From a virus (lineage: Duplodnaviria; Caudoviricetes), in the IMG/VR virus record IMGVR_UViG_3300035498_000263, positions 1 to 64,000 of that record: DNA of 64,000 nt; one strand, written 5' to 3'. Position 1 is the first letter of the stretch. Each line of letters begins with the position of its first letter. The translations under genes and the position numbers were made by a program. The notes below the pieces were generated by a model. The model was not told where the DNA came from, did not search any database, and saw only the letters and a list, made by a program, of their open reading frames with translations. Below, in pieces: positions 1-8,847 of this stretch.

Positions 1-1770
1 ATAGATACTGCTACAACAGCTATTGGTAAAATTGTTACTAATGGTAAAAATGCTATTACAGGGGCATTATTAAACGATGCTCTTAATAGTATATTTAATG
101 GTGCTTTTGCTGAAGAAAATACATGGATTAGAAAGATAACTACGCCTAATAATTCAACTATAAATATTAAAGCTGGTGCTGATGGTTCAGATTATGAAAA
201 TGAAAACATAAATATTTGGGCTAACAATGCTGTAAATATAACAGGTTGGTGTGGAGGTATAAACTTTATTACAGGAGGCAATGGTATTATAGCTCATGAT
301 TTTTATACTCTTTCACTAATACATAATAATGAGGATTCCTCATTAAATATAGATATAAATGGTATAAAGATTGAATCTGATAATAATGTATATCTCACAA
401 GTGGTGATAGATTTGTTTATATCACTGGAGAAGCTAGAGTTAATATTCACTCTAATAGCGGTGAATTATATATGTTTGGTGAAGGCGGTGTGTATATTAC
501 TGCCAACGAAGAAATAACGCTTTCTACAAATAAAAATTATAATATTAACATAGAAGCTGATTGTGTATATGAGTATACAAATGAATATTATTTAATTTGT
601 CCTAACATATGTTTAACAGCTAAATACAACAATAATATTGTTAGTGAATTAAGTGTAGTAGATGATGGCATAACAGCATATACTAGTGGATATGACATAC
701 AGTTATGTACAAATGAAAATTCTGACGGCGATACAGGAGATATTAACATAGATTCTTGTGGTAATATATTTATTACAGCTAATACTGATACAGAGATTGT
801 AGCAAATGATATAACTGAAACTGCTAAAAATGGAAATCTATTTCTTTATGCAGGATATGTTGATAGCGACAATGCTTATGTTAGTGATAATAATATAAAA
901 CTTTATGGTGACGGAAATACAGCTTTAGCAATAAACTCTAGTGCTACAAAAGGTATTCGTATGTCTTCTATAGAAGGACCTATAGGTATTTATTCTAATG
1001 ACGATATTACAATAAATACAGGTGCTTCTGGAGGTGCAATAAAGTTATCAGCTGATAATATAAATTTAGGTAGTAGTGTAGAAGTATCTGATGGAGATAA
1101 TTATGTTACAATAAAGAGTGGTTATATAAACATAGGTGATACTACAGCTAGATTACATATCGACCAGGACGACTGCGGCACTATTGAAGCTATGTGTGGT
1201 TATGATGGCTCTGACGACGCTGCTTACGCAAAATTAGGAACTTGTTCTAGTAATTTTATATCATTTTATAACTATAATGCAACTCTTTATAATACTAAAG
1301 GTACTCTAACATTAGGTGAAAAGGCTTCCAATTCTATAGTAGTACCTACTAACTTTATAGTAGATGTTCCTAATGGTACATTAACTCTTTCAGCTGCCAA
1401 GAGTATTACAGCTAGTAAAGCTATTACAACTTCTTCAGATATTCGTTATAAGAATATTCTAAATGATATTACATTATCAGTAGAAGATATAGCTAATGCA
1501 CCATTCTTTGAATTTAGTTATAAAGACAGTGAAGATGTAACATTTGTAGGTACTTCAGCTCAATATTGGCAAGATGTATGTCCTAAAGCTGTAGTTGAAA
1601 CTGAAGGTAAACTTTCACTTAATTATAGTGGATTGGCATTAGGTGCAGCTACAACTGTTGCTAAAGAAGTAGTTGAATTAAAGAAAGAGAATGAAACTCT
1701 TAAAACAGAACTTGAAACTCTTAAAGCTGAGCTTAATGAGCTTAAAAATATTATTAACAATTTAAAGTAA
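1..1770 (+). CDS. Tail fibre / receptor-binding protein with C-terminal peptidase S74 intramolecular chaperone; 5'-partial
   Basis: Frame 1 is open from base 1 (IDTATTAIGKIVTNGKNAITGALLNDAL...), so the gene starts before the ORF-track Met at 472. The body is repetitive and beta-rich (INIxA). TSSDIRYK is the S74 autocleavage motif, followed by GTSAQYWQ, LSLNY and a terminal coiled coil. Confidence 0.85.
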   Translation: MDTATTAIGKIVTNGKNAITGALLNDALNSIFNGAFAEENTWIRKITTPNNSTINIKAGADGSDYENENINIWANNAVNITGWCGGINFITGGNGIIAHDFYTLSLIHNNEDSSLNIDINGIKIESDNNVYLTSGDRFVYITGEARVNIHSNSGELYMFGEGGVYITANEEITLSTNKNYNINIEADCVYEYTNEYYLICPNICLTAKYNNNIVSELSVVDDGITAYTSGYDIQLCTNENSDGDTGDINIDSCGNIFITANTDTEIVANDITETAKNGNLFLYAGYVDSDNAYVSDNNIKLYGDGNTALAINSSATKGIRMSSIEGPIGIYSNDDITINTGASGGAIKLSADNINLGSSVEVSDGDNYVTIKSGYINIGDTTARLHIDQDDCGTIEAMCGYDGSDDAAYAKLGTCSSNFISFYNYNATLYNTKGTLTLGEKASNSIVVPTNFIVDVPNGTLTLSAAKSITASKAITTSSDIRYKNILNDITLSVEDIANAPFFEFSYKDSEDVTFVGTSAQYWQDVCPKAVVETEGKLSLNYSGLALGAATTVAKEVVELKKENETLKTELETLKAELNELKNIINNLK

Positions 1771-1777
1771 TAAGACA

Positions 1778-2080
1778 ATGGAAACAATTATTGAAACTTC
1801 TGTTAATGAAGTAAAACTTGCAAGATTTGTTGTAGAAGCAACTGTAAATGATTATGCTATTAAGGCTGAAGTAACTTCTAGAAATGGTAAAACTAGAAGT
1901 ATTGCTAGTGGTAGTGTAAAGCAGGGTGAGGATGAAGTTGCAACCTTTGAATATAATGATGGTTATACTATCAATTATTCAAATGTTGAAGCTGATAATT
2001 CTGCTGTTGGTGTTGCAGTTCAAGATTTTGTTAAGTCTATTAAGAGTGCTGCTTGGTCAGTTTCTGTATTGAAGGCTTAA
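1778..2080 (+). CDS. Hypothetical protein, possibly tail-fibre associated
   Basis: 100-aa ORF 7 nt after the fibre stop with phage-typical codon usage. Confidence 0.75.
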   Translation: METIIETSVNEVKLARFVVEATVNDYAIKAEVTSRNGKTRSIASGSVKQGEDEVATFEYNDGYTINYSNVEADNSAVGVAVQDFVKSIKSAAWSVSVLKA

Positions 2081-2090
2081 TAAAAGTTAA

Positions 2091-2134
2091 ATATATAGTT
2101 AGGTGTTTTGAAATATAAACATCTAACTATATAT
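2091..2134 (+). terminator. 18-bp hairpin overlapping a promoter; probable terminator of the fibre operon
   Basis: atatatagttaggtgttt (2091-2108) pairs with aaacatctaactatatat (2117-2134) with one G-T wobble. Confidence 0.55.
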
Positions 2135-2137
2135 TTG
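2107..2137 (+). promoter_or_regulatory. Bacteroidota sigmaA-type promoter
   Basis: TTTG (2107-2110), 19-nt spacer, TATATTTG (2130-2137); matches TTTG-N19-21-TAnnTTTG. Confidence 0.65.
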
Positions 2138-2179
2138 CTTCGATAACAAAATGTTTAACCTAATAAAAATGTTACAACT

Positions 2180-2263
2180 ATGATTAGTTCTATTAAAGGT
2201 CGTAAGAAGCCTCTTACAGGTAAAGCTGGTGCTGTTAATAAACCTAGACCTAAAACAAAATGA
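2180..2263 (+). CDS. 27-aa basic mini-protein MISSIKGRKKPLTGKAGAVNKPRPKTK (not in ORF track)
   Basis: First ATG ORF after the promoter; its stop overlaps the next start as ATGA (2260-2263). Confidence 0.55.
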   Translation: MISSIKGRKKPLTGKAGAVNKPRPKTK

Positions 2264-2682
2264 TAAGACAACGTAAAATAATAATGTACAAACTGCTACT
2301 ATTATCAGTAAAAGTAATACCGATGATAGTAGCATTCTTCTGTATATTAAATGAAGTATTGACATATTATGAAGTTGAATGTGATATAATTAATTATATA
2401 TCTGGTACTTCCTTATTGTCTTTACTATTCTTCTATCTAGCATCTTATGCTTTTGAATTTTGTGAATATCATAGAATGTTTTTACATTATATACTTACTT
2501 GTAATCTGATTAATATTATTGACTGTTATGTGACTTTTCCTATTAGTAATTATGTATATTTACTAATTCATCTTATAGTTGCTGGTATATTTCTTTATGT
2601 TATTCTTTATCTTAGAAACAAATGTAAATATACTACTTATGACAAACAAATTACTTGCAAACTTAATACGTCATATTGCTGA
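2260..2682 (+). CDS. Multi-pass membrane protein
   Basis: 140 aa with about 4 hydrophobic segments. Confidence 0.7.
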   Translation: MIRQRKIIMYKLLLLSVKVIPMIVAFFCILNEVLTYYEVECDIINYISGTSLLSLLFFYLASYAFEFCEYHRMFLHYILTCNLINIIDCYVTFPISNYVYLLIHLIVAGIFLYVILYLRNKCKYTTYDKQITCKLNTSYC

Positions 2683-2920
2683 TGATATTGAACAAGATAA
2701 ATGTGGTTTAAGTCCAAAAGAGCTTGAGGATATTGCTAATACTATTACACACGTTGAATATAATATTGAACAAACTTGTACTTATCTTAATATTTCTAGA
2801 AGGACACTTGCTAGACTTCAAACTAAATCTACATTTCCTAAATCGCATAAGGATTCCGGCGGTAAATTATATTGGTATCGGGACGAGCTTGACACATATA
2901 TTAAACGACTAAGAAGGTGA
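2639..2920 (+). CDS. HTH DNA-binding protein, excisionase/MerR-like (HTH_17-type)
   Basis: Likely start MTNKLL at 2639. YNIEQTCTYLNISRRTLARL is an HTH, followed by the wing GKLYWYRDELD. Confidence 0.75.
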   Translation: MTNKLLANLIRHIADDIEQDKCGLSPKELEDIANTITHVEYNIEQTCTYLNISRRTLARLQTKSTFPKSHKDSGGKLYWYRDELDTYIKRLRR

Positions 2921-2952
2921 TTCTTAGCCGTTTATTTTGTTTCTGACGCACT

Positions 2953-2984
2953 TTTGAGCAACAGCCTTAACTACTCTACCTTTG
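2953..2984 (+). promoter_or_regulatory. Bacteroidota sigmaA-type promoter
   Basis: TTTG (2953-2956), 20 nt, TACCTTTG (2977-2984), upstream of the 3052 gene. Confidence 0.75.
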
Positions 2985-3051
2985 TATCACTTTCTAACGT
3001 TAGAATCGAATTATTTAAGTCAAAGTTAAACTTTCTGTAATACTAATTATT

Positions 3052-3951
3052 ATGAGTGATACTGAAAAAATTTATTGTTGTGACAATGATAGTGCTGCAA
3101 CAAATAATCTTCTTGCAGGTATGATGATGGGTAAAAGTCATGATAATACTACTCCTGCTTTACTTGCAAGCATGATGAATGGTGGAATGAACAATCAGTG
3201 GAATAATCCATTTATTTACTTAGTATGGATGATGTTTGCTGGACGTTTCTTTGCTAATGGTAATGGTTGGGGTGGCGACGGTAATGGTGGTCAGGCTCAA
3301 CAGAATATTGAACTTCAGAATCAGCTTGCTGCTATTCGTAGTCAGATGTCTGAAAATCAAAATAGTAATCTTGTTATGGATGCAATTAAAGGTAATGATG
3401 CTGCTATTAATCAGCTTGCACAGAATCTTAATTGTGACTTTAATGCAATTCAAGGTGCTATTTGTGATGTTAGAAGTGGTATTGACAAACTTGCTGGTCA
3501 AGTTGGTTTTAGTGCTGAAAAAGTTGTTAATGCTGTTACACTTGGTAATGCTAATCTTACTCAAGCACTTCAGAATTGCTGCTGTCAGACACAGAAATCA
3601 ATACTTGAAATGGGTTATCAGAATCAGCTTGCAAATTGTCAGCAGACTAATACTTTGCAGCAGGCTATTAATGCTTCAAATGTTATTGCTCAGCAAAATG
3701 CTACTGCGCTTGCTAATCAGATGCAGCAAGGTTTCTGTCAGGTTGGTTATAATACACAGTCACAGACTTGTGATATTATTAATGCTGGTAATGCTAATAC
3801 ACAGAAGATTATTGATACACTTAATTCACATTGGTCGCTTGAAACTTCACAGAAGTTGCAGGATGCTAAGTTTGAGATTAGTCAGCTGAAACAGAATCAG
3901 TATCTTGCTAATCTTATAAATGGTGGTTGTGGTTGTACATCTAATCAGTAA
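3052..3951 (+). CDS. Asn/Gln/Cys-rich protein of unknown function with a GNGWGG segment and CCC motif
   Basis: Hydrophobic stretch FIYLVWMMFAGRFF, Gly-rich GNGWGGDGNGG, long N/Q/A-rich helical repeat, and Cys motifs YCCD, NCCCQ, GCGC. Confidence 0.8.
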   Translation: MSDTEKIYCCDNDSAATNNLLAGMMMGKSHDNTTPALLASMMNGGMNNQWNNPFIYLVWMMFAGRFFANGNGWGGDGNGGQAQQNIELQNQLAAIRSQMSENQNSNLVMDAIKGNDAAINQLAQNLNCDFNAIQGAICDVRSGIDKLAGQVGFSAEKVVNAVTLGNANLTQALQNCCCQTQKSILEMGYQNQLANCQQTNTLQQAINASNVIAQQNATALANQMQQGFCQVGYNTQSQTCDIINAGNANTQKIIDTLNSHWSLETSQKLQDAKFEISQLKQNQYLANLINGGCGCTSNQ

Positions 3952-3958
3952 TTAAGTT

Positions 3959-4411
3959 ATGACTGAAATACTTCCTGTAGGTTTAGCATCTGCTAGTGTT
4001 GCAAACCAACTTAGTATATTAGCTTCATACAAGGAAAAGTTATGTAGACCATATTGTGTTATATCTAGTATTCAGCCACAAGTTAATATAACATATTCTG
4101 TTGGTACTATGAGATTACAAGGTACAACAGTATTTGTTCCTATTACAGCTGTAATAGATATTATTACTGAAACTTGTCCATGTAATGCTAAAGCTCATTT
4201 ATATACTGAGAATTTTTATGTAGCATTTCAAGGTAGAACTACACTTCCTGCTTCTGTTAATGTTACTTCTGTTGGTAGAGTTGGCGTTCCTACTTGCATT
4301 AAATGTGGTAAAGCACATAGTTATACTTTGAATGATTCATTAGTTATTTCTATTGCTGGAACTTCTAGTGCAACTTCTACTTCAACTGACGATAATGAAA
4401 CTTCTAATTAA
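3959..4411 (+). CDS. Cys-containing beta-rich hypothetical protein
   Basis: 150 aa with CRPYC, CPC and CIKC motifs and alternating beta-strand patterns. Confidence 0.75.
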   Translation: MTEILPVGLASASVANQLSILASYKEKLCRPYCVISSIQPQVNITYSVGTMRLQGTTVFVPITAVIDIITETCPCNAKAHLYTENFYVAFQGRTTLPASVNVTSVGRVGVPTCIKCGKAHSYTLNDSLVISIAGTSSATSTSTDDNETSN

Positions 4412-4414
4412 CTT

Positions 4415-4443
4415 AGTTTGGATGGCTAACAACCATCCAAACT
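4415..4443 (+). other. Intergenic 11-bp perfect hairpin
   Basis: agtttggatgg / ccatccaaact with a 7-nt loop between two genes of the cassette. Confidence 0.6.
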
Positions 4444-4447
4444 TTAA

Positions 4448-4933
4448 ATGATTACAATTATGCAATTCAAAGAGCTTAAACAAGGTTACCAAATATATGT
4501 TTTTGACAGAACTAAAATTGAAGTTTCTGAACCTAAAGTTGTTAATGTTAGTCAACCTCATGTTGATTCAAGAATAGGAAGTCCTACAGATATAGTTGTT
4601 GATATAACTATTGAAAGTGATACTTCTCCTAAAACTTATGTTTTAAAAGAATCTTCTGATGTAGGATATAATGGAAATCTTGTAATTTCTACAACTAGAG
4701 ATACAATACTTCGTGAAGTTGAAGCTATTAAATCTCAATCTGAACAAATACTTTCACAAGTTGATGATCATAAAGTTAAAGTTGAGAAATGTAAAACAAT
4801 ACTTTCAGAATTTAATCCTATTTATAAAGAACGTAAAGAAACAGAAGAACGTTTTAATAAACTTGAATCATCTATTGATGATATTAAGAAATTATTGTCT
4901 AACATGGTTATTACTACTAAAAAAGATGATTAA
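4448..4933 (+). CDS. Hypothetical protein with an N-terminal beta domain and C-terminal coiled coil
   Basis: 161 aa; heptad pattern in the last 70 or so residues. Confidence 0.75.
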   Translation: MITIMQFKELKQGYQIYVFDRTKIEVSEPKVVNVSQPHVDSRIGSPTDIVVDITIESDTSPKTYVLKESSDVGYNGNLVISTTRDTILREVEAIKSQSEQILSQVDDHKVKVEKCKTILSEFNPIYKERKETEERFNKLESSIDDIKKLLSNMVITTKKDD

Positions 4934-5282
4934 GTATATAATTAAACATAAACATGAACTACCTACTAGTTTTCATTTTACAGATGCAGAAGCTGAAAAA
5001 GCTATTGCTGCTATGCAGAATAATAAAGGTAGTAAAAATCATAAATGGTCTGTAAATGAAGTTAGACAACATTATATAAATAAAGGTTATACTAAACCTG
5101 AAAAAGTTACTTGGGCTGATATTGGTTATTTAGCTAATATGGCTTATGCAGATTATTTTGGTTCGAGTATAGATACTGAAGATAAATGTATTACATTTGC
5201 TAATGATGTTGTTAATGACCCAGATGGTAATGTAGATTTGATAAATATTAAATGGTATATTAGTAAGATGTTAAGTGAATAA
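4926..5282 (+). CDS. Conserved gut-phage hypothetical protein (DUF7841-like, tentative)
   Basis: Likely start MIKYII at 4926, overlapping the upstream stop. The motif YLANMAYADYFGSSI...DVVNDPDG is recalled from this family. Confidence 0.6.
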   Translation: MIKYIIKHKHELPTSFHFTDAEAEKAIAAMQNNKGSKNHKWSVNEVRQHYINKGYTKPEKVTWADIGYLANMAYADYFGSSIDTEDKCITFANDVVNDPDGNVDLINIKWYISKMLSE

Positions 5283-5313
5283 GATTTGGTAGTTCCTTCT
5301 AAGGGGGAAGCCT

Positions 5314-5352
5314 TTAACGTAGTGATAATCTTGGTGATTGTTGCTACGTTAA
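5314..5352 (+). terminator. Hairpin terminator closing the accessory cassette
   Basis: ttaacgtagtgataatc / gattgttgctacgttaa (with G-T wobbles), followed by gtttt. Confidence 0.55.
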
Positions 5353-5684
5353 GTTTTACAACAGTAGTTTATATAGTCTGCGTTATGAAAGTTTAATAGA
5401 AGAAAAACATAGCAAGGTATTGACAATATAAAAATCGAACTGTATTTTTACAAAGTAAAAAGATAAATAATAAAGATAAATATAAACTTAATAATATTAA
5501 TAATAATTATAATTATAATATTAATTATAGTTATATTTATACTACTACAAATAGTGATGTGATATGTGTTCTTTTTGGTGATATTATTAGTTTACATCTA
5601 ACACTTTGGGATACTATTTATTATTCTACAACTACTAATGTTGCAAGAACACTTAATATTGTTTTACTTTTAAATATTAAGCCT

Positions 5685-6017
5685 ATGGAATTTATTAATC
5701 AAATGGTTGAAACTACTCTTAATAGTTTTGATTTTAGTTTTTGTATTACAACTAATGTACTAACTTATTTAGTTATTAGATTGATTGATGATTTGAATGG
5801 TGACAAAGTTGTTACCACTTGGCAAAAACGGCTAGTTCTCATAACTGTAGTATTTATACTTGCAGGTATTTATGTTTATATTGGTGAAGATACTAAGAGG
5901 ATTCTTAATAGTGCTATACTTGCTCCGGTTTATTGGAGTTGGATAGGTAAGCCAATAGTTAAACTTTTGAAGGTTGATTATAAAAAGAAAATTGATAAAT
6001 CAAATAGTAATGAATAA
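5685..6017 (+). CDS. Putative holin (crAss-type)
   Basis: Likely start MEFINQ at 5685. It has 2-3 TM segments, FDFSF...NVLTYLVI..ID.LNG, and a basic C-terminus DYKKK, as in crAss-like holins. Confidence 0.6.
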   Translation: MEFINQMVETTLNSFDFSFCITTNVLTYLVIRLIDDLNGDKVVTTWQKRLVLITVVFILAGIYVYIGEDTKRILNSAILAPVYWSWIGKPIVKLLKVDYKKKIDKSNSNE

Positions 6018-6081
6018 GCTCGTGTAAAACGACTCTGGCTGTTTTTTTTTGGACAAAACGTCTTTTTGTTTTTCCTTGAAG

Positions 6082-6115
6082 TGCTTAGTATTAGTGATAA
6101 TGCTAAGCATTTTTT
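6082..6115 (+). terminator. Intrinsic terminator after the holin
   Basis: tgcttagtatta / taatgctaagca followed by a T run. Confidence 0.6.
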
Positions 6116-6175
6116 ATATACAGCAGTCTTATAATAGTACATTTTGAGTACAGAAGTATTAAATATGTAAAAATA

Positions 6176-6208
6176 TTTGGAAGTTTAACTCTTTATATTA
6201 TATATTTG
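6176..6208 (+). promoter_or_regulatory. Bacteroidota sigmaA-type promoter for the tail/cargo operon
   Basis: TTTG (6176-6179), 21 nt, TATATTTG (6201-6208). Confidence 0.65.
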
Positions 6209-6426
6209 TTTCATCATAGTAGTAATGCTGCAAGGCTTGCTACTATTTAATATACTTCCCCCGTAGAAGGATATAAGGAATATAATCATTATTATTTATA
6301 AATCATTTTTGAAGTTATTGTTTATATGTTGTGTGTTTCAATGGTTGCGTTTTTAATTAAGTCGGTATTAATATTAATAATGATTTATCTGGTGTTCCTT
6401 CTACGGGTTATTAAAATTATTAAACT

Positions 6427-7110
6427 ATGGCGTCCATAAATCAATTGGTTAGTGAATTTGCACATAGTCTTTCACAACCTAATAATCAAGCTCTAAGAGA
6501 AAATCTTCGTTCTCTTATAGTTCATACTAGAAATGAGATTATAAGACGTAGTTATGAAAATCATAATTACCTTGATGCTCATTTACAATATAGATATAAA
6601 GTTAGTCTTACAGATGTATTTGATGGTGACCAAGAACTTCCTGATAGTTTAATTGGTATTGTTCCAATTATTAAAAGAAGTTTACAAAAAGTTCCTCGTC
6701 CTGTTAGACTAATAAATAATCTACCATTTCATAGAGTAAGCACTGTTGGATATAAAAATAATATTGTTATTCCTTATGTTAAAGAAACTTGTTTCCAATA
6801 TACTAGTAGTATTCCTGGTATGTGTGGAATTGCTGGATATGATTATATCAATGATTATTTATATATCTTTAGTAATAATCAGTTTATCAGTGGACTTAAT
6901 AGTATCATTATTCAAGCGGCTTTTGAACATCCTACAGAAGTTGCCATTGAAAGTGGTGAAGGTGCTGAATATAACTATATGAATGATGACGATGAATGGT
7001 TTCTTCCTGAAGATATGATTGGTCAAATGAAAGAAATTATTTATAAGCGTGATATGCTTAATAATCGTCGTGAAACAAACGAAGTTCCAAATACTGTATT
7101 AGTTCAATAA
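6427..7110 (+). CDS. crAss-like tail ring (tail tubular-like) protein
   Basis: QPNN..LRE..R..I.HTRNE.IRRSYENH, KVPRPVRL.NNLPF and EDMIGQ.KEIIYKR match recalled p-crAssphage ring proteins. Confidence 0.75.
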   Translation: MASINQLVSEFAHSLSQPNNQALRENLRSLIVHTRNEIIRRSYENHNYLDAHLQYRYKVSLTDVFDGDQELPDSLIGIVPIIKRSLQKVPRPVRLINNLPFHRVSTVGYKNNIVIPYVKETCFQYTSSIPGMCGIAGYDYINDYLYIFSNNQFISGLNSIIIQAAFEHPTEVAIESGEGAEYNYMNDDDEWFLPEDMIGQMKEIIYKRDMLNNRRETNEVPNTVLVQ

Positions 7111-7119
7111 TATACTACT

Positions 7120-8058
7120 ATGAAAGAAGCTGTAAAAGAAACACCTGTGAAAGTGTTTACATATTATAAAATTCTACATGAACTTTATAGTAATAAATAT
7201 GAAACTTTAAAGAATAAAATTGATATTCTTACTAATTCTATTATTGTTAATAAAAGAGTTGTTAATAGTAATTATATTAAAGCTAATAAAAAGTTTCATG
7301 TTAAACTTGAAAATTACAAGGAGTTTGTTAATAATGAATATTATAACGGTGAACTTGAAGATGTTGCAAAAGTATTATTTGATAAATCTGATGAAGATAC
7401 AAAAGTCTTTTGTATTGCATTAGTTAAGTTTGCTACTAATATAAAACTTGTTGCAGAACTTAATGCTAGATGTAAACTTTACAAACAAATTGCTTCATTA
7501 ACTAGAAATGACTTTACTACATTACTTAAAAAGTATTATAATGAAGTTCAAAGATATATTCTACTTGAAGGTTATGCTTATAAACTAAATGAAACTGCTG
7601 GTTATTTATTTGTAAATAAAATCAGAAATTCTAAGAAAAGTCGTAAAGTTGATTTTAATAAAACAAATAAACGTAAAGCTGAAGTTTTAGCTGCTGGTGG
7701 AGAGATTTATGATAAGAAAAAAGCAGAGTATTTTGCTAATCATGGTCTAGAATATAATGGAATTGATTGTAGAGTTTATAGAGATGATCCAGATTTTATT
7801 TATGAATTTTGTAATACTTACGGTAAAATTCATGATGTAAGATTTGAATCTTCTGATAGTAGAAATGGTGAACTAAGAAATAAGTCTAATGAAGATTTAA
7901 TTAAAGAAGCTAATGGAGATGTTAATTACATATTAAACTTAGACTTAGACATAAGACAAAAGATGATTATCTTAGTTCAAATGGATAAGACATTAGATAT
8001 TAAATATAAACGTAACGATAATTATGAAACAATCAAGTGTAGCTCGCCTAATAGGTAA
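7120..8058 (+). CDS. Conserved crAss tail-module protein usually annotated IHF-like
   Basis: Syntenic between ring genes; basic segment LLEGYAYKL...KVDFNKTNKRK. Confidence 0.55.
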   Translation: MKEAVKETPVKVFTYYKILHELYSNKYETLKNKIDILTNSIIVNKRVVNSNYIKANKKFHVKLENYKEFVNNEYYNGELEDVAKVLFDKSDEDTKVFCIALVKFATNIKLVAELNARCKLYKQIASLTRNDFTTLLKKYYNEVQRYILLEGYAYKLNETAGYLFVNKIRNSKKSRKVDFNKTNKRKAEVLAAGGEIYDKKKAEYFANHGLEYNGIDCRVYRDDPDFIYEFCNTYGKIHDVRFESSDSRNGELRNKSNEDLIKEANGDVNYILNLDLDIRQKMIILVQMDKTLDIKYKRNDNYETIKCSSPNR

Positions 8059-8842
8059 GATAGATAATGATTTTAACATTGATAACAGTGATTGGATTCC
8101 TAGAATTGCCGCATGGTGTATTGATGCTTTAAGTCAAATGAGATGTTTACCTAAAGAAAAGAAAAGAAGAACATTAGAAGTGCATAATAGAATAGCTGTT
8201 TATCCTTGTGACTTAGATGAAAATGATATGAAAGTATATACAACTAATGGATGTGAAGTTGAAAAACTTACGTCTGTTAGTTGTAATTGTTCTAAAGGTA
8301 TTAAAGATTTTCACAATGATAAACATCATGATTTTCATCATGAATCTCACGATGGAATTTTTCATGATTCTCATGAGCATTTTTATGGTGAAAGACAAAT
8401 AGGTATTTTTAATAATACTGATAGACCTAGACATGAAGTTAGAGTAGGAACAATTATAGGTGACGGTTCAGCTTGTAATAGAAATTATATTGTTAGTGGA
8501 TGTAACAAGATTGAACTTAACTTTGATGCTGATGAAATAATAGTTGAAACTAATGAAACTGCAACTTATTATGATGAAAGTTATAATTGTGAACTTCCTT
8601 ACATTTATGAAAATGGTTTATTACTTGAAGCTCTAGAATTGTATTGTATTTACAAAATGCTTTGTAGAGGTTATAAACATCAAGTATTTACTCTTACAGG
8701 TCCTGAACCTGTTAATCCTTATATTCAATGGACTAAACTTAAAGAAAGTGCTGCTGCTAGTGTTAAAGCTGACATGAGAAATGGAAAGTATGAAGGTTGG
8801 AATAACTTCTTCTACAACAGTACATTCTTACCTAGAAGATAA
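8024..8842 (+). CDS. Tail tubular / ring protein (P22 gp4-like, crAss Ttub) with a His-rich insert
   Basis: KIDNDFNIDNSDWIPRIAAW motif and C-terminal WNNFFYNSTF. Confidence 0.75.
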   Translation: MKQSSVARLIGKIDNDFNIDNSDWIPRIAAWCIDALSQMRCLPKEKKRRTLEVHNRIAVYPCDLDENDMKVYTTNGCEVEKLTSVSCNCSKGIKDFHNDKHHDFHHESHDGIFHDSHEHFYGERQIGIFNNTDRPRHEVRVGTIIGDGSACNRNYIVSGCNKIELNFDADEIIVETNETATYYDESYNCELPYIYENGLLLEALELYCIYKMLCRGYKHQVFTLTGPEPVNPYIQWTKLKESAAASVKADMRNGKYEGWNNFFYNSTFLPRR

Positions 8843-8847
8843 TAATT

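Noticed and set aside
1-1770. Diversity-generating retroelement target in the AAT-rich tail fibre
   Set aside because: No reverse transcriptase and no TR/VR repeat pair were seen in the window.
3236-3889. 217-aa overlapping + frame ORF, and similar alternate-frame or antisense ORFs throughout (e.g. 15700, 20371, 22058, 42335, 45210, 51421, 60332)
   Set aside because: They are L/I/M/V-rich shadow translations produced by NNT codon bias in real genes and have no promoters or family motifs.
5420-5450. TTGACA ... TATTTTTA as a holin promoter
   Set aside because: The -7 element lacks the conserved terminal G and the context is very AT-rich, so a chance match is likely.
4713-5684. ORF-track starts at 4713 and 5559 (also 2579)
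   Set aside because: The N-terminal extensions overlap upstream genes or non-coding DNA and look like shadow sequence. Downstream ATGs at 4926, 5685 and 2639 fit better.
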